A DNA stretch of 37,964 nucleotides from Catajapyx aquilonaris (Eukaryota). The notes under the pieces are model-generated. The model was not told the DNA's origin, searched no databases, and worked only from the letters and a program-made list of their open reading frames with translations. This document shows, piece by piece, positions 14,001 through 24,310 of this stretch. The position numbers and the translations under genes are program-made. Position 1 is the first letter of the stretch, and each line of letters begins with the position of its first letter. The stretch lies in the NCBI GenBank assembly GCA_000934665.2, contig JYFJ02004056.1:1-37964 (forward strand). The letters are read 5' to 3'.

Positions 14001-15904
14001 GTAAAATTTTCAGTTCACAATAAACCTTGCTGGTAACTGTATGTGATGTAGCAATTTTTCATAATTATAGTGCCTGCTCCTGATAGAAAACTCGATACTG
14101 TATATGGCTAGCAAATTATAGCATTAATTATATTTTTCTGGAGGAACGTTTGATAAATTACTGGAATTTAAATTTATAACAGATATTATAGTGTTCTTTG
14201 TGCAGTTCAAAATTAATAAAGGTATATTACCTTCGTGATGTGATGTGAGTTTACCACGGAACACCTGGTATATGCACTTCGGATTGATCATGGTTCCCAT
14301 GCGCATTTGAAACGCTTGACTCACCCGCACGTAAAATTTATTCTCCATCTTTATTTCGATTCTTTCGATGAACACTCGGCCTGCATGTGGTAAAAGGGGG
14401 ATCGAGAGATGCCTTCACTTGGCTACATCACAAAGCCTTTCAAAGTATGAACAAGTTCTTTGTTGGAAGGCGACCAAGCGACTCCTTCGCCTGGCCATTT
14501 CCCATCCCTGCTAGGTGCCAGCATTTTAGCACGGCTACGTTCTTTCAGTATTTCAATGTAACTCAAATGGAGCAATTCGGATGGAGTAGACTAATTTGAC
14601 TATTCATTAAGTGACCGATTTCTCACGGGAAGGTGGCCATACTAGCAAGCTCAATCATACTTGTATAAGCAAAGGGACGTGTTTGAACAGGGACACTCTG
14701 GCAGAGCGATACAATCAGCAGTTATAGATGGCAGTGAGATGAGACAAAAACAAGGAATGACTATACTTTGGATGGGGGAAGAAATCGAAGGGGTCCACTA
14801 ATATTTCCAATCAATATGACCTTTCTTCTACATTGACTCATCTTTGCTGAGTGTGCATTGATTCATCTTTTCAGACGTGCACGTTTTGTAGCTTTCATGC
14901 TGGTTGGTTATAAACGGTAGCATATGCAGTCGTATGAAATGGTGCATTGGGAAGGAAGTCGGCAAGGGAAGCCATCAATGAGAGCTTCAAATTGCTGACG
15001 ATCAGAACACGAGTCGCTCCATCGGAGGCCTAATTGGGTGCATAATGGCTTGGCAAGGCCGCTAAGGATCCCCCAGACGTGCACGCTACGGGTTATACAC
15101 TCTAAAGTAGGCATAACAGTATGTTACACAACCATGTAATCACGGAAACTTGTTGACCATATGTTTTTTTTCTGACGCTGCAGCAAAATGCCAACAAAAG
15201 GTGTTGTTTCCACTCGATTTTGATTTACATATAATTATGTTTACACATTAATTTTGTACTGTATGTTTATATTGTAAAATTAAATGATTTCACACTCACA
15301 TTTGTACTCTTGAAATTTTATAATAGCGATTTAATCCTGTCACACTATATACTGTTGCAGCTGCTTCCCGTCGTATATTATGTAAGTGCAGGAAAATCAG
15401 TGCTGCGTAGCAAGCTTATGTTCACTTTCAGTTGTCCAGTACTTATAATATGCCGGTATGGTCGATTTATGTACTACATTATTTCACGAGCAAAAAGTTG
15501 TAATTATTGTTAATAAGGCCTCAAATTAGCGAATTTGGCGACATCCACTCAATGTACGAGTATGCAACGTACAACGAGTATAACGTACTGTATATACGGT
15601 ATACGTTGGTATACCGTAAATATAACTTCGATTTCTCGGAGCAACTATATTTCGGTCTATTCCTTTTTATATGCTGCAATGAATGAAGCTATACACTATT
15701 ACCATATCTACGCTCAGTACATGTTAGCTTCCATTCCTGATGATATAGAAAGTGGCGGTCAATTTAAACCATCAACATTATCCTATTAAAGTTCCAAATG
15801 CGCGTATTTGGTTTTATTTCAACCCTCTATTGACACAAAACATGCAAAATTCGCTCCTATACAGAAACACAACATCGTAAATGAATATAAAGATCGTAAC
15901 TCAC

Positions 15905-16125
15905 TTGCAAACCGTGGATCGGTGGCCGTGGCTCCATACCATCCGGCGGAGTTTCGTACATCTCCGTAATGCGTGGAGACGCTGAGCTCTGTCCCATTGC
16001 AGTATTGGGACGGAAAGGCGGTTCCATGGTGGGACAGCTGCGGCACGTGCATGTGTGTGTAAGGGGTGCTTACCGGGACACTCATTGCGGCGGCGGCAGC
16101 GCCCGCTTGGTGCGCCTGACTGCTT
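15905..16125 (-). CDS. scro: scro/NK2.1 internal exon (SSQAHQ...YCNGTELSVSTHYGDVRNSAGWYGATATDPRFA)
   Basis: Acceptor TTTTTGGGCAG|A completes the phase-2 Arg codon. Donor GCA A|GTGAGT is phase 1. Length 221 nt = 1+73x3+1. The YCNG and RNSA-WYG-DPRF motifs are characteristic of NK2.1 proteins. Confidence 0.93.
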
Positions 16126-16673
16126 CTGCCCAAAAATCACAAACGCCGTAGTTAGTCCATATTGCATCACACTCTCAAAAACACAGACCTAGTTGTATTA
16201 AAGCAAAATAGAAGGGAAAATATTCGATATAATAATATTTTTGATATTACACACAACATCATCGGAAACTTTCCCTTTATTTGCATTAATACAGCTAGAA
16301 CAAAGTTAACTAAGTTACACTCTACACCTGATACGCCTCTCACCTTCGGCCTAGAGCACCGAAGCTGGCTAACAGAGGTATAACGGGCTCAACGAAGAGA
16401 ATCGACTTCAACTATCCTGCTGCTGTCTATATAGGCCTATACCTCCAATAGTGTTGACAGAAATATGCCGTACGTCACAATGACTCAGTCAGAGCTCATG
16501 CTGCCAAAAGGTTGTTATGCGGATGTCGTATCATACAGTCTGTACTATAATTTTATAAGTTATACACTACGTTTAGACAATAACAATTTTGAAATCACGG
16601 GTGAAGCTGAAGGTTTGCGGGAGGCAGGTTATGTAAGTATAGCCGAAGGGCAGTAGTATTGGGAATAGCTATA

Positions 16674-17067
16674 CAGGGTGGACCAACTTCAAGTGTCGTT
16701 TTATAACGGCGATTAATGGCAGGGATTTTGCGATGACGTAGCAGCGACGTGTAAAATGTCCCACTTCGGCGCCATCGAAAATATTAGCTGCCAATAGCAG
16801 CACACATGTAATCAACCCTGCTGCTGGGTTGACCTGGAAAAAAGGAGGTGCACACATGACCTGCGATGCGCCTGGGTGAAATGGGGGACGTCCAAGGCAC
16901 CAGATGGACCATGGACCTGTAATGCAAGGGGGAAGCCTGCAAACGAAACACAGCTAATATTTTCGATGGCGCCGAAGTGGTCCATTTTACACGTCTCTGC
17001 TACGTCAATCGTAAGGCGCTTCTATTAATAGCCGTTATAAAACGACACTTGAAGTTGGTCCACGCCG
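16674..17067. mobile_element. Tc1/mariner-type MITE (TA TSD)
   Basis: TA|CAGGGTGGACCAACTTCAAGTGTCGTTTTATAACGGC ... GCCGTTATAAAACGACACTTGAAGTTGGTCCACGCCG|TA, with ~115 bp arms. Confidence 0.85.
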
Positions 17068-18385
17068 TATATGGTGTTATTGATTATTCGACAATGTAAT
17101 ATAATTCTGCCAGTAATATTTTGTACAGTATTTACCAGCAACTAGTAACCAAGTGGCAATATGTGTATTATCGTCGTGACAGTGAAAAAATTACATTAAC
17201 AGTTGTTGCATATCGGAAATTTGAAAACAAAAATTAGCATAATACAAACCCTATAGCTTAGATTGTTTTGTTTATTGCACATAAAATGCAAGTTATGATG
17301 TGAACAATATTATAATAGAATTTCCTGCTAAGTCCGATTCCCAACATGGCATATCTTCTCTTAATGAACACCAAACAAAATGTCGCGACAATACAATAAA
17401 ATACCGCGGCTGTAAATTTATTCTGTGTAGATCTTTAATCCCACAGACTATGAGGATTCTGTAGGTGCATTATGCCAATCAAACCAACTCATTGTTCCTG
17501 ATGGAGTTAATAATACCTTAGGCGTATCACATCACAGGCAAAACAATTTGAATAATCCTTCCATGCCATCATGTCCCCACAGTTTTAAATGTCTTTCGAA
17601 GCCTATGACCTATACGATGAGTCCCATGCAGTTCGCTTCATTAACTCTCACTCCCCCACAATATGACAGTGTGGGGGGAATTACACATGCATGATGCGAC
17701 AGATTGTGGAGGATTCATTTCAGTTGTCCAAATGTTAAGATAGCTGAAAAACTTTGTCAAAAATTTAATTGAGGCACGAAATTTGAGCCTGATACGCGTA
17801 ATTAGCGTTTTGACAATAAGTATTTTTTTCCAATTTGTGTCGAGTGGTATTTTTCAGTAATACGAAAGGAATTTATATAGTTATCATCCTCTATTTGTCA
17901 TAAACCTATCCGCATGAATATTCCACAATTATAAATCAAATACCTCATCATCTGCATCAGACTATTTCGACGTCAGTCATCTAGACAATAAAGAAAAAAC
18001 TGTTCCATCCACAAGCTACTTAAAATATTTGTGATTACATCATTATTAACAAAATCACTTTCCAACGCAGTACCCGCAACGAAAGAAGATCGTGTAAAAA
18101 CGATGCCCCATTTGCAACCATTTCTGCCACTTTTCTTAATCCTCTGTCAATTTTCGATCTATCATTAAGCTACGAATGAAAGTATGAATAATGTGGGAGG
18201 TGTGGTTGATCATACCCGAACCAGAGATTCCTATTTCTTTTTGACAGTTATCGAGCCAAGTTCTTTCACTGAGCCTACCGTGAGCAGCTAATAAATAATA
18301 ATTATGTAATTTGGAAGTCTATCAGAGCAGTGTAGCCTGTTGATTTCGGATGACTTATTTTATTAGTATAGAAAACAGTCGTGAC

Positions 18386-18534
18386 CTGTAGGGAGAGGAG
18401 GGCGAGGCAAGTGCCGGGAATCCGGCGGCAGCGGCGTCAAGTCCGGCAGCGGCGGCCTTCCGGTACGACTCTTCAAGAGGGCTTAGGATGTCGGTGACTG
18501 AGAAAGGCGTGGTGTGTTTGGGGCTCAATGACAT
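18386..18534 (-). CDS. scro: NK2.1/scarecrow homeobox protein, exon containing the conserved start [26 protein letters not shown] (TN/eh1 domain)
   Basis: The translation is nearly identical to the NKX2-1 N-terminus ([26 protein letters not shown]). ATG at 18534 sits in a GCC-ATG context. The exon ends TAC AG|GTCACG (phase 2), matching the next exon. Confidence 0.92.
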
Positions 18535-18879
18535 GGCCAACTCGCAAGAGAGGTCCGGAGGGAGAGCCAGCGCGGCAGCGGCGGCAGCAGCAGTAGCGGC
18601 GGCGGCGGCGGCGGCGGCTGCTGCAGTTGAGGTGGTGGTGGATGCAGCGGAGGCGGTCGAGGCGGCCGAGGTCGCCGCGGAGGCCGCCTCCTCGGACCCC
18701 AAGCCAGCGAGCAATTTTACCCCTGGCGACGATGATGCTTCCGACGAGCACGAACTTAGCTGATGTTGGTCTTGATGGTGATGTTGATGATGATGGTGAT
18801 GATGATGATGCTGTTCTTGCTGGTGGTGGTGGTGGTGATGAAGATGATTGTGATGGTGTGACGCCAAGCCCACGCCCAC
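18535..18879 (-). CDS. scro: Possible in-frame N-terminal extension (poly-His/Gln, Ser-rich, poly-Ala) in the same exon; alternatively 5'UTR
   Basis: Acceptor TTTCCTCATTTAGCCCGCAG|GTG at 18880/18879, followed by 115 stop-free codons in frame with MSLSPK. The composition is typical of transcription-factor low-complexity tracts. There is no Met inside. Confidence 0.55.
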
Positions 18880-19819
18880 CTGCGGGCTAAATGAGGAAAT
18901 CGGTGTTCGCCCTACATAGCCATGTTTTAAAAAGTGACGAAAAAGAACCCATTCGATTATGTTATACCGTGTGGTATATAACATAAATATGTATGTGGTA
19001 ATGTGGTTCACGACAAACTTACAGCACTGTTACATACAGGACGGTCAGTAATGCCCTTATTTTTTTTATAGGTAATGCTATTCTTTGGCTAATTCTCAGA
19101 CCAAAGATAAGCCTTGTACTCATTTTTATTAGTCAAGTGTGAGACAGATATTAAGTTTTTACTCGGTTATGTAACCATTGGAAGTACAACTAATAAGGAC
19201 ATTAATTTTTACCTGTTAAACAGGGTTTTGAACGACATGCCCTACACGCGACATGCTAACGTAGGCCCTAATAATTAATTGCCATCGCATGCCGTAACAA
19301 CGTAGCCAAAAATGCTGTCGAGTATTTTGGTCTTAGGGAGATCCCCTGGTCAATATTCTACCTCAGACATAAGTCACGGGGAATTATTCACCATCCTTGT
19401 GACAGATGCCGATGGATATAATTATATGGATTTGTTATTCGTATTTGTTGTGGTGGTAAAGAGTGTATATGCCAGGTGAATGAATGAAATAGCTAATCTT
19501 GGTTCATTTTGTTAATGCAGAGACCTGAACTCATCAGGCTGGAATATGATCAAGCGGGATGAATAACCACACTTCATAGATTATTGCTTCTGCTACCTAC
19601 TGTACCTGACCAGTATCTGGAATTTCTTTTTGTATAGTCGTGTGAGTGTAACGAGGAGCTTTTCCTCGTTATTCACTTGGTACCCCCATTATTTTGGAAT
19701 ACTCCGTGATGATGCTGCTGCTGCTGCTGATGATGATGATAAATTATGCAGTACGCCTTTCTAGTGTACCATGCGAACCACAATGCGAACTTATCATACC
19801 TTATGAAGACTTATATGTA

Positions 19820-20242
19820 TAGGGTTTTCACGAATTCATGTGACAAAATATTACGGGTGGTAAGGGGGTGCGTACATGGTAAACGTCATGGTATACATGG
19901 GTCCGAAAGGCCGGCGACACTCTGTCTTAGAGGTGGCGACTTTTGACATCAACGGTGTCTGTCCTTAAAAGTACCTATAGAAGTAGTACATGCCTGCATT
20001 GCTGGTTGCAGGGGCCAGGGGCTGGCACTACCTGACCCACGGTTTTAGCCCAGACCGTTGCTCAATCGGCCTGACTCCGGTAACCACCGATGCAAGCATG
20101 TTAGAGGGGTATCCATACTTGTAAGGATATACATCGTCGATGTCAAAGGTCGTGCCGGCCTTTCGGACCCACGTCATGCCTCTTCCATATATGCACCCCC
20201 TACCACCCGTATCATTTGGCAAGTGAATTCATATACATCCTC
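19820..20242. mobile_element. MITE family A copy (CAGGGTGTTCACGAATTC-type TIR)
   Basis: Degenerate TIRs. It shares GGGTCCGAAAGGCCGGCGAC, TTTGACATC and ACATGCCTGCATTGCTGGTTGCAGGGG blocks with the copies at 21132 and ~32325. Confidence 0.8.
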
Positions 20243-20317
20243 TATGTAACACATTTCTGTTCGCACAGAACTTTCCAAGAACTTTCTTTCTCTCGTTCTT
20301 TACAAAAGGAAATTCTA

Positions 20318-20426
20318 TGCCTTTTAAATGTGAATATATTCACATTTAAAAGGCACACGTTCTACTGTAGACACTTTTATTAGTAGCCTATAGGCTACTA
20401 ATAAAAGTGTCTACAGTAGAACGTGT
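20318..20426. repeat. Two abutting perfect palindromes (38 bp at 20318-20355; 72 bp at 20355-20426)
   Basis: Checked base by base; no spacer and no mismatches. Confidence 0.95.
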
Positions 20427-20925
20427 ACCCCAAATATAACTTATAGTGATTATAACATCGTATAGGCCCAACACAATTTGTTTGAATAAGATTATACGTT
20501 TTAAATTTAATTTGCATTATTCCCTCAGTTAATTGCATTTTATTTCCCTTGTACTAATTATGAACAATTTAATGGGTGAAAAAGAAGTCAGCTCAGAATC
20601 ATATTGATGAAAATCTCTCTGACACTCACTTCCTTTCTGCTCCTACTCATCAAGCCTGGTTGAAAATTACAAATATTATATAACACTGGAAATTCATCTC
20701 CATATAGACTTTGCAACGGTGCATAATTATACTGTATAGTGTGTCTGCTTGTCACACCTGAAGGCAATGAGACGGAGGGGAGAGGACGGTTCACCGACGC
20801 GGATTTTAGCTCACTTTGATCTACCTGGTATGAGGTTGGTGACCACCTTACCTAAAAATTATTCACAGGCATAAAGAAAGGATCATGAAGCTTCTGATGG
20901 TTTAATGATGACTCAAGGGGGAATA

Positions 20926-21575
20926 CAGGGTGTTTATGAATTCACATTTGCCAATATGATACGGGTGGTATGGAAGAGGCATGACGTGCTGCTGGGTCCG
21001 AAAGGCCTTCGACGACGTTGACAACGACGATGTCTATCCTGACCCGTGTGGATCAATATCGTTGATGTCAACGGTCAACAACTCCATGTGACGCCGGTCT
21101 TTCGGGCCCATGCCATACCTCTTCCATATTACAGGGTGTTCACGAATTCTTCTGCCAATATGTTACAGATGATAATATAGGGGGTGAGTATGGAAGCGGC
21201 ATGGCATGGGTCAGAAAGGCCGGCGACGATCCGTTTTGGAGATGTCGACCTTTGACATCGGCAATGTCTATCCTGACAAGTATGGATACCCACGTACATG
21301 CCTGCATTGCTGGTTGCAGGGGTCAGGCGCTCGCACTGCCAGACCGTTGCTCAACCGTCTGACTCCGGCCACCAGCGATGCAGGCATGTGCGGGGGTATC
21401 CATACTTGTCAGGATAAACATCGTCGACGGCCTTTCGGGCCCATTCCATGCTTCTGCCATATGTACCACCTATCACCCACATTTTTTGGCAGACGAATTC
21501 GTGAACACCCTGGTATAGGCCTACGCATCCCCTACCACCAGTATCATTTCGGCAGATGAATTCACATACACCCTG
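20926..21575. mobile_element. MITE family A outer copy, interrupted by a same-family copy
   Basis: TA|CAGGGTGTTTATGAATTCACATTTGCC ... GGCAGATGAATTCACATACACCCTG|TA. The right arm is split between CTTCCATAT (21129) and CGCATCCCCTACCACC (21524), which are contiguous in the 19820 copy. Confidence 0.8.
21132..21512. mobile_element. MITE family A inner (nested) copy
   Basis: TA|CAGGGTGTTCACGAATTCTTCTGCCAA ... TTGGCAGACGAATTCGTGAACACCCTG|GTA. Confidence 0.85.
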
Positions 21576-22937
21576 TACATACACAACAACTCTCAATATT
21601 GGCACATATCTACTACAGTATAAACGTCATATTATAGCGCTATGTGTAGTTTGTCGAGTAGGTTTGATTAGCATCACTTGATGAATTGTCCCTCTTTGGA
21701 TATGCAGAAATCTTGCGGAATATAAGATGACAATGTCCTACAATTTATAGACTACTGCTGATGCCGTCTGTATTGCGGAGAGGTTTTGTATATAGGCTGG
21801 AGATATGGTTCATCAGCGTGCTACACCCCCCCCCCCCAACATCTCTGATACTTGAGTGCGGGAATAGCCCTATACCACCAATGTGTAAAATGAACGAGCG
21901 ATTTTCTTTGTAATCGAAGTAGATATCTCCGAAATCAACTATAGAGTAATAATTTTGTCTTATAAAAATTCGCAAGAAGACTAAATGCCAGAGGAAAGGC
22001 GTAAGCCCCAAGGCCAATTGAAGGGAGAGCTCAATAGTAGGCTACTGTATATACTATACGAACTCTCCCTTCAACCCGTGGTACGTACCTTCGTCACCAC
22101 CCTATACAGTATAATTGTCCGATTTTACAACCACACTACATTATATAGCACTGAAAATTGTGTGTGAATAAAATTTCATTTAGTCAAGAAAGGGTGCATT
22201 GTGAATAAAATCTTTTATATATAGTAGGAATGATTTTACAATTTATTCATCATTCTGAAGGATTAATTTACACTACTCCAGGTTAATAATTAACCTGTTT
22301 GCCCTACACGAAATATATCACACCTGGAGATTTTAGTAATGTACAGCAGTGTAGGCCTATTTCTAAGAAAGGATTATTAAAAATACACTACAACTTTTTT
22401 GATTAAATAACAAGGTCACTAATGCTATGTGTTATATCACTGTAATGGCGTATGGTCCAAATTTTGCAATTTGTTATCGGCGGTTTCCCATGTACAGTAT
22501 ACTGGGTGAATCACATTATGATAAATAGATAATACATTTACCTATAGACTATAATACCGCAATGCTAATAAATGCTACACCTTGTATACTGACACAAAAA
22601 TAATGTCTCGCCGGTCTAGTGTCGCCTTTGTAAAAGAGTGAGACGCCTGATTATTATACGTAATGGCTATTCTAAGGGAATATTGTGCCGTTCTTGAAGC
22701 ACGATGTGATTGGAGGGGAGTTTCTCATCTTTCAGCTGTTGACCATCAGTAAATCCAAGCATAGATACGCAGGTATTATACGGTATATAATATCTGTAGG
22801 CTATATCTATAGATATGTTGAAAGGACATGTCTCAAAGGTGGGGCTTTAAAATGGTTTCAGTCCTTTTTGAAGCATCGTTTGTGACACGAACACCTTAGA
22901 AATGCCCCAGCAGCCAGCGCTACAAAGGTTCGCGGTA

Positions 22938-22940
<3 letters not shown>

Positions 22941-23010
<70 letters not shown>
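22941..23010. repeat. (TAA)~23 microsatellite
   Basis: Read directly; 70 bp. Confidence 0.97.
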
Positions 23011-23320
23011 CCTGGGGTATAGTGCTTTCACCCCCAAATGGGGGTATATCACACGGACCTTTATTTATTATTATTATTGTACAGTTGGTTCCTATTAATT
23101 GAAGCGCCAGGGCACACGGGCAGGATGACATGAGGGGATGTGCAAAGTGCAGTGCGCGGAGTGATATGGGTACATTTTGTGAACTCCCCGGGTTATGTCT
23201 ATTGGAGATTCCACCCGAGACGAAGCCAGAGACGACCTAAACTCTGCACGAGATGAAGGGGGTGTCCCCGGGCTGGGATCGAACCCAGGACCTTAACATC
23301 CGTGGCCACTCCGACTCCCC
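22941..23320 (-). mobile_element. Probable tRNA-derived SINE ending in an (ATT)n tail
   Basis: The minus strand starts GGGGAGTCGGAGTGGCC, has B-box GGTTCGATCC (23285-23276), and ends in the (ATT)n run at 23010-22941. The A-box is degenerate. Confidence 0.55.
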
Positions 23321-23329
23321 AAGTTCGTG

Positions 23330-24310
23330 GTATATGAACCAGGTGTTTCGAAAAGTATCGTGCCATATTGATTTACAATTTGTTATTTTGCCACAAATAC
23401 AGTGCCCTTACAGTTCAGCAGATAGGCACACGTTATCGATGTAATCCTCCAGAAGCCGTATATACACTGGTGACATGATTGTGGCAACCTTTCTATAGGG
23501 CCTCCAGGAACCACTTTTGGAGGACACACACTCCCTCACAACTGTATGCTCACAGTTCTCCGGGAGTGGGTGCGCCGCACCACCAAAAAGTGGTTCCTGG
23601 AGGGTCTGGAGAGGGTTGCCACATCCATGAACCAGTGCATACGGCTCCAGGAGGATTCTATCCATAATCTGTGCCTATCTGGTGACCTGTAAGGGCACTG
23701 TATTTGTGGCAAACTAAATAAATAGTAAATCAATATGACACGGCCCTCTGAACTTACAACCAAACTAACTCTTCTTACCCTCCTAAATGTTGAAATTTTT
23801 TGGATTGTCTACTGCTTGACCTATAATGTTGTGCAAACATCACCTCTGCTGCTAATTTTCACGTCAAAATACAAGCTAAATGCGATATTCCGAAGCCACA
23901 ACACCTAGCAGCCGGTCGCGGGTCGCCGCGACTCCTATAGCTCGCTCTAGGTTGGCGTGAGCAAGTAGAATATGAAATCACACTATTCGAAATCGATTTT
24001 GAGTAGCAATTTATGAATCAAGTTTAATCAATCATTTACATGTCACTGATATCAGTCGCGACGACCCGCGACCTGCCAGCCGGGACCGGGACCGCCACCC
24101 GCGACCGGATGCAGGTGTTGTGGCTTCGGAATTTCGGTCTTTTGGCTTGTATTTTGACCCTGCTAACGTGAAAATTAGCAGCAGAGGAGATGTTTGGACA
24201 ACACTATATAGGTCAAGCGGAATTAGAAAATCCAAAAATTGTCAAAATTTAGGAGGGTAAGAAGAATTAGTTTGGTTGTTAGTCCTTTTCGAAACAACTG
24301 ATTCATATAC
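23330..24310. mobile_element. Foldback MITE whose right terminus is displaced by a nested insertion
   Basis: Left end GTATATGAACCAGGTGTTTCGAAAAG pairs with CTTTTCGAAACAACTGATTCATATAC (24285-24310). The inner arms ~23358-23520 pair with ~23582-23742. Confidence 0.8.
23750..24285. mobile_element. Foldback MITE nested in the 23330-24310 element
   Basis: GAACTTACAACCAAACTAACTCTTCTTACCCTCCTAAAT...CCGGTCGCGGGT (~170 bp) is inverted at ~24097-24285. Confidence 0.85.

Noticed and set aside
18473..18890. Alternative-frame and antisense ORFs over the scro exon
   Set aside because: Shadow ORFs of a GC-rich trinucleotide-repeat exon.
19820..21575. CRISPR-like or regular repeat-spacer array
   Set aside because: The repeats are dispersed and nested MITE arms with irregular spacing, in a eukaryotic intron, with no cas genes.
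22847..23131. Poly-Tyr and poly-Ile ORFs
   Set aside because: Translation artefacts of the (TAA)n microsatellite.
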